Below are positions 18,833 through 31,260 of a stretch of 64,000 bases of DNA, in pieces. Origin of the DNA: Obrimoposthia wandeli (lineage: Eukaryota); NCBI GenBank assembly GCA_977020255.1, contig CDROCS010005497.1, positions 62,001 to 126,000 of the forward strand, written 5' to 3'. The position numbers and the translations under genes are program-made. Positions within the stretch are counted from its first letter, which is position 1; each line of letters starts with the position of its first letter. The notes below the pieces were generated by a model. The model searched no databases, was not told the DNA's origin, and saw nothing but the letters and a program-made list of their open reading frames with translations.

Positions 18833-19290
18833 TCCTTTAATACTAACTATACAACAACCCGGATTAAACCCTCCTTAGGTGCTCCAGTAACCTCCTTACT
18901 AGCGGGTGGTATTACACCTATAAACCTCCTAACTATAAGGTGCTCCAATAACCCTCTAGACCCCCGGGTTAACGGTAGTTCCTTTACTTAAGTAACTATA
19001 GGGCTAAGCACTCTAGGGGATTGCTCGCCACGATATACACGGAAATAGTTAAACATCCTACCTCCTAATTAACCTCCCAGGTGGTAAGGACAGAGCGGGT
19101 GGTTAAGAGTTTAATGTCTAAGGCTTGTTTAAGGCTTGTTTAAGTTTGGCTTATGTTGGGTGTTTTATAATTTTTTGTGTGTTGATAGTAAACTCTCCTG
19201 CTGCCGTCTAACCTAAAGGTACCCCCCGGAGTCTCTCCAAGGGATCCCTTATTGCTATGGAGTGATGATAAATCAAATCAAAGGATATAC
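18833..19290. repeat. Divergent non-coding region with short direct repeats
   Basis: AGGTGCTCCARTAACC at 18877 and 18938; AGCGGGTGGT at 18901 and 19094; tandem TAAGGCTTGTT; gene orientation switches here. Confidence 0.6.
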
Positions 19291-22200
19291 TATGAAAATA
19301 AACTTCAAAGATAAAGCCACTACAAAAGTAGACTGGCTTAGACGGGATCAATACGCTCCCTTCGCACTGGCGTTAGTGAAAGCACACACATCAGAGGATG
19401 ATGACTGTGACGTTGTAGCATTAGCTAAAACTATAGATGGTTTCCGCAATGGCGAAACAACTGCCAAAGGTAAAACACTATACGTACGTAACCTGTTAGG
19501 AGCTCTAAAGGCGATCTCCTCTGAGTTGGTAGATGCCATAATGGCCTCTCAAGACCCAACTGAAGCAAAGAATTTAGACAGTTTTTAACTGTCTGAATGT
19601 CTTTTTTTCTTTTACACCTGAGTCGATAGAAGCCCCTTTCCTTACACCTTGACACCATCAAGGGTCTTCTCTCGAACGTTCCTTCCTTACGTCATCCACT
19701 CTCCTATATAGTGCTGATAGTGATAAGCCTATGGGCTAATGACTTGACAACTCTAAAATTAAAAAGGATTTAAAATGGAAATGATTGGCGGAATTACAGG
19801 GTTATTATTGTTATTAGTGATTGTATGGTACTTCGGTAAAGCAATTAGTAAAGTAGGAACACTTGCTGAAAAAGCAGTGATTATAGGTAGTGAAATGGGT
19901 GACAATAGACTGGCTGTACTAAGTGCAGAGTCTAAGATTGCTAAGGCTACTAGGTTCGCAGAGTTAACAGTTGACAAAAAGATTGTTGATAAAGCTACTG
20001 CAAATGCAAAACTATTAGAATCTCTGGATTTCTAGTAGTTAAATTTAAATAAAGGAAATATTATGTACATTGAAACTATGACAGATTCAAGCACTCCAAA
20101 CCCTGATAAAATAGAGTACTAGGCCTTATGGTCTACTATTCTTCTGGTCAACGATAGGAGCACGAGGAAACGAGTGCATTATCAAATCTCCAAAACGATA
20201 GAAACATTACAAGTTGAGTCATCTCCACTCAAGTACAGGGAGAAATCTCTCTATAAAAACTAGAATGTACAATTATTGTACAATGGGGTGACAAGTGATG
20301 GTTCATTACGTAGGGGTATATACAGGATGGTAGGTAGGTTGTACAAAACCTTCACAAATTAAACATAATCCCCAAAACATCTCAAATTACCCTAATAATC
20401 AACACCTCAATAATAACGCACACCAACATACATAACTTAAAGGATACCTTATGACACAAGACCATAAAATACTACTAGACACAGTGATAGCATACCTAAA
20501 AGAGCCTAGCTCAGACGGTACATATAAAAGATTAGCACAACGTAATACACTAAGTGCTTTAGCTACTAACCAACTTATGGCTGGTACACAATACCCAAGA
20601 CAGCTAACTGAAGATGAACTAAATAACCATGTAGAGATAATATACTCTATTGATAATAAAGTCATGCAAGAACACTTTGAGAATAGTACTAAGGCTCAAG
20701 AGTGGTTAGAAAATAACCAAGACATTACTATAGAAGAAATTCTGTAGTATGCTCTACATACGTAACGATAATCAACTCCGCAAACTATGCCTTTAGAATA
20801 TACAAGGCTTCAACACATTAAAATAAAGGAAATAAGATGTTAATAAGTCAAGTTAACAAATTCATCAACTCAATGGGAAATTCTAAGCTGTTTGATACTA
20901 TCGTAGCTAATGGTGATATAGTGCTTAGTGACGAGCATACTATCACTGTCCAAGTAAATAAGTATGGCTGGAAAGATATTGCTGTCCTAGTCAAACTAGA
21001 AGACGATAGCATAATTACATTAGAGACATTAGCTAATCCCTTTGGAAAAGGCTATGATCTAATAGACTCTAGAGGATGTGAGTACAAAGATGTTGAAGAG
21101 CAAGATGCTTGGATAACAGGTAAACTACTGTCTCATAAACAAGTAGAATCCTTTGTGACTAATAGGGTATTTGGTACAGGGCCACTGTCTTGTATATCAT
21201 CTCCGGAAAACTACACGGAAGCAGACTTTGGACCTCAAGACCCTTATTATGTTCAAGATGGTAATGACATTCCTGATGAAGATGACTACAGTACTAATAG
21301 ACAAACAACTCTTACAGCATGGTATGCAGAAGAATCAAATAAGTATAAAAGAAAACAAAGGAACCTAGCATACCTAGCTACAAAAATGTATCAACTAGAA
21401 AATGATACTAGAGAAGACCTAATAAAAACAATAATAAAATTAGAGGATGAGCTTAATAAAGCTTACTATAGAGACTAACTAAAAGGAAATACAATGAGAA
21501 GATCAAGACGAAGTAGAGTAGGTACTAACAGACAAACTGTAGTCAACGCACTAGTTAACGCCTTAAAAGCGGATACTAAAGCTATGGAGAACCTACGAAG
21601 TAACAATAATAAGTATGTATTTGGACGTCTACTAAACAAGTGGCTAAACAACAAACAAGAGTCTGTGATTGACGTTTACGTCGATGAAGAAGCTAAAGAG
21701 ATGGTTAGTTACGCTATTAACATAGTCCATGCTCAAATAGTTAAAACAGAACTAGAAATGAAGCCTATTAAGTCTAAGATAATAGGACTACACTTCATAT
21801 TAGCTACAGCAAAAGATATAAATGGTAGATTCTACCTTAAAATGGATAAAGAATTATTAGAGGCTGCACTAGCAGAAGATAATATTACTTACCACAGTAA
21901 TGAAGAATACCGTTGGATTAATATCAAATATCCCGACTCTTGTAAACAAATCATAATTCAAGACATATAATACATTACAAACTACAGTACGCATTACAAT
22001 GTGTATTGTAGTACAAACTTAAAACTAAAGGAATAACATGTTCACAATAGTAGACCCACTTACAGGCTTAAATATTCAAGAAGATATAGTACTCTCAATA
22101 ATAGATATAACAAAACAGATTAATACTGGCAACATAGTTACTGTTAATTACAAAGGAACAGTTTATGATATCTTAGAGATAGTAGGAGATACCTTAGAAG

Positions 22201-22955
22201 TTGTATACCATAATGATAATATATTAACTCCAACTACTATTTCATACACAACAGTTATGACAGACTACTCATAAGAGTAGAGCAGAACTTCATAGAGTCT
22301 ACTTAGGTAGGTTCTATTGAGGTAACTCAAATAGGTGCGAAAGCAAACAATTAAAAACATAAGGATTAATATGACTACTAGCATTAAAATTACAGATGAG
22401 AGAAAAGCAGCTAAAGAGGCTAAAAGAGCAAACCATAAAGCAACTAAGATGGCTGTAAGTGCTTGTAAAGCATTAGTATATAGAATCACTGATGAGTTGT
22501 CACTAGATGAAGAGAAAATGTTAAAGAGAGTTAGTGCAGCGGTAGACTCTGAATATGGAGCCGTAAATGGACTAGTAAACTTACTATCATCAATTGCAAA
22601 CTGGCCAGCTGATCAAGGTGCAGGTTCTGATGTAGCTGGTAACAAGAAAATCTTAGAAGATAAGTTCAAATTAGATTTACTATTACTAGGAGACATTAGA
22701 AGCTACAGAGGATACCACACATTTGTAACAGACGACTTAGAAATCATGGAAGGGTTAGCTCCTGAATATGAAGACTACACTGATTACTGTGAAATATTCT
22801 TAGAAGACTTAGAACTAATAGCTAATAGACCTACAATCAATCAAATTGCATGGGAAGCGGCTGAAACTAAGGCTAAAGCTAAAGCTGTCACAGACTTAGA
22901 AAAAATGAAAGAAGAAGTAGAAAACTTCAAAGCAGCTTTAAACGCACACGTATAA
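19262..22955 (+). other. Run of early hypothetical genes (19262-19588, 19775-20035, 20451-20747, 20837-21478, 21494-21970, 22038-22274, 22335-22955)
   Basis: Co-oriented ORFs mostly with AAGGA RBS; no recognisable motifs. Confidence 0.65.
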
Positions 22956-23004
22956 CTAACAACTATGGGCCGAAAGGCTCATCTAACTTACTTAAGGAAT
23001 AAAA

Positions 23005-24858
23005 ATGATAAAAGATTACTTAGAAACTACACTAACTACAGAGCAAAAAGACTTCCTATTTTGGACAGACAAAGTTACACAGAGAATGATGTCACAATTA
23101 GATAGTAGTATTATAAATAATTCATTCGCAATTGGTTTGCCATACTGGGCTAAACAAAATCCACAACTAGTTAAAAACTTTACATGGTTAGCTGCAAAGC
23201 TAGGTTTAGGATCTACTGAGGTATCTAAAAACTACAGCAGATTCACATTTGATATGACAAAACTTAACAAAGAAGACATCTTAGAATACAGAAGAAACTC
23301 TAAACTTGATAGATTTCTAATGACTATAGATGATGACTATTACCCTGATACATTAGTTAAACGTAATGGTTCAGTACATCAAGATGGAATTCCAAGACCT
23401 GCATTCAACGCTGCTTGTAAAAGAAGATTTCAACTAGATACAGTACAACTAGCTAAATACAGAAGACCAATCCTTCAAAACCTTATTAAATCTATCAAGA
23501 AAGGTATTGAACTTGGAAATATAAAAGATAGTTTCTTTGCAGATGCTGCATCATATAGAATTGTAGCTAACTACTGTTTAGATAACTACAAAGACCAAGA
23601 TGCTGAATATAACTCTGAATTCAACGTACAAGATCAACGAGGTAGAGCAATTTATAATATCCTTAAACGAGTAGGTAACTACATCAGTAACAAGGACTTC
23701 AGAGCATTATTAGTTGTACCAAAAGAAAATACTATCATAGTAAAATCTACTAGTACAGTAGAGCTTGAAGATATCTACTATTTCATTGCTGAGCTTACAG
23801 ATCACAAATGCTTAGGTGGCACTGAAGCTGATAAAATAGCCGCAGGTAAACTAGCATATGAAAATAGAGAACTACCGAGAATCAACTTCAAAACTGAGAA
23901 AGGTAGAACTGATATGCATGAACTTATCTGGTTAGATAGAATCTACACTAACTTAGATGCAGTATTCAAATATTCATGGGGAGCTAGATGGAATGTACCA
24001 TTAGAAATAGATCACTCACAATCATTAGGTCAAATCGTTGGTGCATTAACTAACGATGAAAGAGTATTACAGTCTACATCAGTAATAGGCTCAACAATCT
24101 CTGATCCTTGGTATATTAAAGGTGTTAGAAGACTATCTGCTAAGACAGTAGGTACTCCAACATTCTACGGTTCAAGCGCAACAGCAATCAGCTTAATGAA
24201 AAGTAAATTCTTATTACGAGCTCAAAACTTACCTAAAGATGCTAAGGCCTCTCAGATAGAAGCTGCGAAGAACATAGACAAAAAAGAATTAGCACTAATT
24301 AAGAAAGAGTTTGCAACAGGTAGATTTGCAATCCTTAAAAGGTTTAAAGATTTACTAATTCAAAACTATAATGTACATACTCCTGTAATACAAGTAGACA
24401 CAGGTTTTAGTACATTCTCAGTACACGTAAACAAATTTAAACCTGCAGGATCTACTACAGTAGTAACAGAAGCTTATAATGGAACTAGATTCAAATACTC
24501 ATTTACTCAAGAACCTATCTTAGTACCTGACTATGCAAGAATGAAACTATTCTGGGCGACATGTTTAGTACACCATACAGACTCTGACCTACTAGAATAT
24601 AACTTAGCTGCTCACCCTGACTTCTGGGCATTAGGTATTCATGATGCAATACTTACACTACCAGGACAAGCTAGACAATTTAGAGAAACAGCAGCTAAAA
24701 GATTAAAATTCTACAATGATAATAGATATACAATCATAGCTAAATACAGACAATCAATTGGAGCTACAACACCAAAATCAGATGTTCAATACATGAACTT
24801 AATGAAAGCGGTAGTAGACGCAGGTAATGTTCCATTCACTAGAATGGCAATGAAATAA
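23005..24858 (+). CDS. Single-subunit (T7/N4 RNAPII-type) DNA-dependent RNA polymerase, compact
   Basis: DQRGRAIY, motif A EIDHSQS, motif B RLSAKTVGTPTFYG, motif C GIHDAI. Confidence 0.85.
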   Translation: MIKDYLETTLTTEQKDFLFWTDKVTQRMMSQLDSSIINNSFAIGLPYWAKQNPQLVKNFTWLAAKLGLGSTEVSKNYSRFTFDMTKLNKEDILEYRRNSKLDRFLMTIDDDYYPDTLVKRNGSVHQDGIPRPAFNAACKRRFQLDTVQLAKYRRPILQNLIKSIKKGIELGNIKDSFFADAASYRIVANYCLDNYKDQDAEYNSEFNVQDQRGRAIYNILKRVGNYISNKDFRALLVVPKENTIIVKSTSTVELEDIYYFIAELTDHKCLGGTEADKIAAGKLAYENRELPRINFKTEKGRTDMHELIWLDRIYTNLDAVFKYSWGARWNVPLEIDHSQSLGQIVGALTNDERVLQSTSVIGSTISDPWYIKGVRRLSAKTVGTPTFYGSSATAISLMKSKFLLRAQNLPKDAKASQIEAAKNIDKKELALIKKEFATGRFAILKRFKDLLIQNYNVHTPVIQVDTGFSTFSVHVNKFKPAGSTTVVTEAYNGTRFKYSFTQEPILVPDYARMKLFWATCLVHHTDSDLLEYNLAAHPDFWALGIHDAILTLPGQARQFRETAAKRLKFYNDNRYTIIAKYRQSIGATTPKSDVQYMNLMKAVVDAGNVPFTRMAMK

Positions 24859-24873
24859 TAATAAAGGAATAAA

Positions 24874-26531
24874 ATGAAATTCACAGCAATAATTAACCAA
24901 TGTAACCTAAGAGACGTGCATACAAGCTCACCAAGGGCACTGCTAAGAGACATAATGTTAGTAGTTAAGAACGACGATGAGCAATGTGATACACAAGTAG
25001 CAGAATTCAGAGATCATTGTTGGGTAGATGTCTCTGCACAGCTAGCTAAAGTAATTAAACCATACCAATACAATAACAATATATCACTGCATATCTCCTT
25101 TACAGCCAATACTAAAGCATATAAAACATATGAAGCTAAGGCAGAGCAGGAAACTGTTACTAAAATTAGAAATATTACTCTAATCAAAGCAGTTAAGAAG
25201 CATAATAAAAGGACTAAATAATGCCTAGAGATACACTACCAATATACCCTTCATCTGTAGGCTGTCATGATAAAGAATATCTACAACTACAGGTGATAAA
25301 CATGTGGGACTTCTCAACTCCTCCAATATGTTTTGCACGTTTAAACAATACTCTTATAAGCTACTCCTTAAACCACTGTACACGGATAAGCAAAACTAGG
25401 TCAAAATGCCAAGCAGTACTTAAAATTACAAAAAGTATCGAAGAAGCGCTGATAGCTAAAGGTTATACAGTACCAATTAAAAAGGACTAAATAATGTCAA
25501 AAATCACAGAAGTAACAATACCTCAATTCGAAGGCCTAAAAGAGTTTACACCAGAATATAATAAAGTCTTCCTACAATGGTGTAAAAGCACAAAAACACT
25601 CTACTACGCAAGGCCGGCTGAACTCTTTAATAACCAAGAAGCTTACTCAATAGCTGAAGAAATAGGATTAAACAGAATCATCCTAGAAAATTTATCATAA
25701 GGACTAAATAATGGCATACCCAACAATAGAAAAATTAGTAGCTGACTCTAAGGCTAAAGCAAAACAAGAGACAGTAACAGCATTAAACAGTAGATTAAAA
25801 GAAACTGTAATGCCTTCATATCCAACAAGTGCAGGTGCTCAAGCAGGAGTGGACAACTGTAATGCACTTGTAAATGGAGCAGATTATTACTCTATAATGG
25901 CCGACAGTTCAGGAGAGTTCTAATAATTATTAAGCAATAGTAAGAAGTAGTGCCCTTTTGGGTACTGCTCTTTTTTTTTTCTTCTAAGGATAGAAACGAA
26001 AAGCAAGGCTTACTCTGCTGTTAGAAAGAAAGAGTTTTCTTTTCTTTTTTTTTTTTACAGATAGAAAACAAACTAATAGAAGGAATACTTATGATAAACT
26101 TACGAAGAACACCTACAGAAGCTGAGAAAACTAATATGAATATAGGACTAGCTGTAAAGATACAAACAATTACCTCTCTCCACGCTCAAATAAACCAAGA
26201 AGCCCGAGAACTTAGTATATACCGTAAAACATGTACTAAAGACTTAGAAATTTATGATAAAGGGATTAGAGAACTTATGCACTTAATCGAACTAGAAACT
26301 CTACCAAGAGGTAGCTCAGCTAAAATTGTCTCGGAGTTAAAGAGAATCACCAGACTCAGGAGAACAACTATCAATAATATAGGAGCAATCAATTGCCTTA
26401 TAGGCAGTAAAGAAAAGGATACCAAACATAACTTAGTCCCTAATTTAGAAAACTTTAAAGCTCCTTGTGAAACTCTATCCGGATTTACTTATACACTCAT
26501 AGACCCAATAACATTAAAGCTAAAAATATAA
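24874..26531 (+). other. Hypothetical genes (24874-25221, 25221-25490, 25494-25700, 25711-25923, 26091-26531)
   Basis: Tightly packed ORFs with AAGGA RBS. Confidence 0.6.
25943..25985 (+). terminator. Intrinsic terminator
   Basis: GTAGTGCCC-TTTT-GGGTACTGC hairpin followed by a long T tract. Confidence 0.75.
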
Positions 26532-26540
26532 GGAATATAC

Positions 26541-27005
26541 ATGGAAATCACTCTCCCAACACTAATAATAGCATTAGTCCTCTACTGGGGTCTAGAGAAA
26601 TTTGGAAAGCAACATTTACCAGGCATTAAAAACTTTTGGGAGCAACTAAAAGACCCAGTTAATGATTATACTTTAACTCCTTTTGAAGAGTTATCAGAGG
26701 ATATGATAGCCTTAGCTGACTTTCGAGAAATGAAGAATAAGTATATGTACTCATCTACTTGGAATAATAAACGAAAGCATGTTCTTAAACGCGCCAACTA
26801 CACTTGTGAGTCATGTAACTGTACAGATGAGTCATTACAAGTCCACCATACAAAAGATTACAAGCTTATACCTAACGAAAAAGGACATGCATTAGTAGCA
26901 CTATGTAGGTCTTGTCATCAACTCCAACACGACTACTATGGCTATCCTCAGACATACACAGAATATCTAAACTGGAATGCTCCACTAATTAAAAAGGATA
27001 AATAA
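26541..27005 (+). CDS. HNH endonuclease with N-terminal TM segment
   Basis: CESC...LQVHH...LVALCRSCHQLQH. Confidence 0.8.
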   Translation: MEITLPTLIIALVLYWGLEKFGKQHLPGIKNFWEQLKDPVNDYTLTPFEELSEDMIALADFREMKNKYMYSSTWNNKRKHVLKRANYTCESCNCTDESLQVHHTKDYKLIPNEKGHALVALCRSCHQLQHDYYGYPQTYTEYLNWNAPLIKKDK

Positions 27006-27079
27006 TGACGGAGGGTGTCTAATTATTATTGCACATCCTTCTCAATATAAAAAAGTAGATGGAAACATAACTTGTCAGA

Positions 27080-27337
27080 ATGGAATTCCTATATCTTACA
27101 AACTATCAAAGGACTAATATGAAAGAATTTACATTAACAGAAACTGAGAAATATGTTCAAAAACAATGTAATAGTTGTAAAGGAAAAGGTACGATATTTC
27201 TTCATTGTGAAGAAGCTTATGGCGACCCAGAACCTAAAATGAATGGTTACCAATACGAAAGACTTAATGGCTTACATACTTGTAAAGAGTGTGGAGGAGC
27301 TGGAGTAGTAAATTACACTATAAGGAATAGGCAATGA
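27080..27337 (+). CDS. DnaJ-type zinc-finger protein
   Basis: CNSCKGKG and CKECGGAG (CxxCxGxG) motifs. Confidence 0.6.
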   Translation: MEFLYLTNYQRTNMKEFTLTETEKYVQKQCNSCKGKGTIFLHCEEAYGDPEPKMNGYQYERLNGLHTCKECGGAGVVNYTIRNRQ

Positions 27338-27819
27338 AATATTTACTACTATTAATCCCATTCCTTCTTAATGCTTGGTCATTCACAGAGAAAGACTTCA
27401 ATAACTTAACTGAGAGCCAGATGGACATAATTAATATATCTTATCTAGTAGGTGAGGAAAAAGGCTATGGTCTTATGATTGCTGCAAAATCAATTGTGGA
27501 AACTAGAGCTGGCAAGATAATGGGCAAAACTAATCACATTTGTGGAGCTCATCAGGTAGATATTACTTACTCAGAAGCTACATGCAAACAATTAGACAAT
27601 AATCCTTACATATCAGCAAAAGAAGCGTTAAAGAACTTTCTAGGATGGAAAACTAAAGTAATTGAAGTATCTGAAGGTAATTATATAACAGTAGTCAGAA
27701 CAGACCTGGAGGCTTCTAGAATGTACAATGTAGGATACACAAATGATCCTTATGGAAAAGAACATGTTAGTAGAATTGAACTAGTGCTTAAAGTATTAGA
27801 TAAATATTACAAAGGATAA
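27334..27819 (+). CDS. Secreted lysozyme/transglycosylase-like protein
   Basis: Signal peptide, IVET catalytic-Glu-like motif, MYNVG. Confidence 0.5.
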   Translation: MKYLLLLIPFLLNAWSFTEKDFNNLTESQMDIINISYLVGEEKGYGLMIAAKSIVETRAGKIMGKTNHICGAHQVDITYSEATCKQLDNNPYISAKEALKNFLGWKTKVIEVSEGNYITVVRTDLEASRMYNVGYTNDPYGKEHVSRIELVLKVLDKYYKG

Positions 27820-27822
27820 AGG

Positions 27823-30800
27823 ATGATAAGTAAAGAATTATTAAATGTAATGTTAGGTATTGAAATTGGAAAACTCAATATAATTGGTAAAAATATATAT
27901 TACGATGAGCAAAAACGGAGAAAGGGTAGCACTGACTATAGTAAATGGGTTTACGGTCATACGATATTAAATAGCTACGAATTAGCCAATAAGTGCAAAG
28001 AGTGGGCATTTGAACAAGGATATCATATCTTTGCATATCGAGTAAAAGGGTACATGTTTGAGGTATTAGTTGTTGATAACGGTACATACTATCAGAATAG
28101 TAACTTACAAGAAAGAGTTGTCAAATGCAAAAATGGAACAAATATGCACTGTTATGAAATACCTACAGAAACTGAAGCAATATTCAAAGCATGTGATTAC
28201 ATCCTAAAAGAATTAAACAACAAGGATAATTAATGGATACTCAAGAACATTTAGAACTATTGGCTGATAAAACTAGATTAAAACTGAAAGATATAACAGC
28301 ATTATTAGATAGATTAAAATCAGACATAGCTACAAACAGTAACTCAGTTACTGCCCATGCTAATCTAATTCTTAATACTCAAGATGACGTTAAAGTATAT
28401 ATAAACACTATTAAGTTAATAGCAAAGGACAACATATGAATAAAGAACTAATACTTAAACATAAAGAATGTTTCGAGCACTGGCTAAATGGAGGAAATAT
28501 TCTTGTTAAATATTTAAACGATACAAAGCCTGAATGGCTAAAACCTGATATAGAAATTCCAGAAGACCCTTGGAGTTTTACAAAAGAACAAGTCAGCATT
28601 GTCATAAATGATGAATATATTAAATTAAGAAAAGCATTAGCCGAAGGGAAAACTGTTCAATACTATGTCGATAGTTTTGCTGGTTGGCAAGATGTGACAA
28701 GTATTGGAAACCATTCTGGGAAAAGTGTTAAAGAATACAGAATAAAACCTGAAGAGACTAAGTTTAAAGTAGGTGATTGGCTGAAAATGAACATAACTGG
28801 TGAACTAATTCAAGCAGAGAACGATGATGTTGTATATGCACAAACAACCTTAAGACATTCAACAATATGGGAACCAGAAGTTGGAGAATGGTGCTGGTTT
28901 TGGGACTATGACAAAATGGATGTAGGAACAGCTAGATTAGCCCAATACCAATGTAGGATGAGTGAATTATCATACCAAGATACTTCATATAAAGCTTGGA
29001 AACACTGTGAACCATTTACTGGTATTCTACCAACAAAACTACAATAAGATATGGTCCGAGATGACCATTATAAAATAATTTCGGGTTCTGTACACCTATA
29101 TTAAGTACAGTTTCTCTATTGTAAGAAAAGGTGGTTCTTCGCTTACTTGCGAATACACCCTCAAAGAATCAACTACAAAGGATAATTAATGGCAATTCTT
29201 CTAGGAATAGATACTAATAAAAGGACACTTTACATACCTTATGTTTCTATAGCATTTATAAGAAAGTCTCCAGACTATTCTCACTATACAGTATTTTTAA
29301 CCACAACAAAAGAAAAATTAACCTTCTATACTCTTTACCTCAAAGACAAAGAGCTCAATAAATGGTTAACATACAACGCAGCACCACCACTAACATTAGC
29401 TTAACATACAAATTCAAAGGAGTTAATTTAACTCTTTTGTTAACTTTAACCTACACAAGCTTACATGAAGCTGGTTAATGTTATAGTTAGTTAAGTATAT
29501 TAAAAAGGATACTACATGAATGATATACTAAAAAGATTAGACATCGACAAATATACTGAAGAATGTATCAAAGACTACCTTAAAACAGTACTAGCGTTAT
29601 TTCTTATAGGCCTAACAGTACTTGCCCTTACTTGGCTAATCTCAGACCTTCCAAGCGCGAGCATACTTGGAGTAATTCTCTCACTCACAGGGTCTGGCAT
29701 AAACTTAGCAGCTCAAACAAGTGGGTATGGCTTTACTATAAACCAATTATTAGGGTACACCTATAATAAAAGCACAATATTATTTCTACTAGTAGTAATA
29801 GTGAATATCCCTTATTTCTTATTAGCCCTAATTTTTTATACTGTTAAAGGTATAGTAGTAAAACTATTTAAGTTCTTTAACATATCATGACACCTAAAAT
29901 AATAGAAATCAACGCATTAGAAAACTCTTGGAGAGTAATTAATTCCGAAACAGGCTTTTCCTTATTCAAGGGAACAAAATACCAATGTGATTCCTTCCTA
30001 ATTCACTGGAAACATACACAAGACATACCAAAAATACATGCACTACTAAGGAGCATAGGATGAACTACAGTCACACAGAAAACTCAATCATGATTGGGGA
30101 TAAAGTAAAAATAAATACTAAAACATTAGCTCTGATCTATGACGGATACCTCACCGTACGCTTTGCACTACCTTCCAGAAGAGATTTTACCTTATACTTT
30201 GAGAAGAGTGCAGATATCTTTAAAGTTATTACAATCGACAATCAGGATGCTTCAGTAGAACTTAAGTCAGCGAATGGACTTCTAACGTGGGTACCTATGG
30301 AAATTATTATCCAGCAGAAATCTGAACACTGGCTAACACTAGAGATTATAAAAAAATTTAAAAATAAAAGAGTCCGAAATAAACGAGGCGAAACTGACTA
30401 TAAAGTGACACGTATCTCAGAAACTTTTGGTATTGAAATTACAAGTGAACGAAGTGGTTCTGTCTTCTCCATAAACAGTAAAGCAGACTGCGACAGATAT
30501 GAAATAATAGGAAACCAAGTGAACGAAGAACTGTATGGAAGATCAACAATAGCTGCTACAGCAATAAACATTACTGACGTAAACGAATATGTTTACAATA
30601 ATACACCCAACGATGGAGAAATCAAAATGGCACCTAAACAATCAATCAAAGAAACAGGCTCAGAATTAATCGACGTAAACAAAAACGCAGCATTATTAGC
30701 ATCAAAAGTAGCAGTAGGTAAGGCCGTAAACAAGAAGCTTATCAAAGCGTTAAAACCAAAATTACCAATAATGATTAGAAGCTATGCAGACACTCCATTA

Positions 30801-31167
30801 GCTCCATTAATCATGGCAAACTTAGCAGCCTTTGCTATCAAGCAATATATGCCAGACAACAAGAAAGCTAACGCAATCGTAGAAGTAGCATTATTATCAG
30901 CATCATTCCAAGCTGCAGAAGCAATCGACATCGAGGGAATCTTGACTGAGTTCTTAAATGGTATTGAGATCCCAGGTTTTGAGGAATCAAGCCAAGATGA
31001 AGACTAGATCCTCGTCAGTAAAATTAGGGGCTAAACACACAGCACGAACAGCCTCTAGACGAATTATCAAAGACGCAGTAACAAGTAACCTTGGAAAAGG
31101 ACTACTCGCTGCAGTCGTCGTAGGTGCCTTAAATGCAGCAGCATCAAACCTAATAAACAAACAATAA
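27823..31167 (+). other. Hypothetical genes (27823-28233, 28233-28439, 28436-29047, 29189-29404, 29516-29890, 30060-31007, 30958-31167)
   Basis: Co-oriented ORFs with RBS; 29516-29890 is a multi-TM protein. Confidence 0.6.
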
Positions 31168-31260
31168 CACCTCCCTACAACATTAAGGATAGAACAGGCC
31201 GAGGAGGAGTCCTCAGTCTAGTTAAAAGCAATCCACTCAACCCAACTTAAAGGATACATC

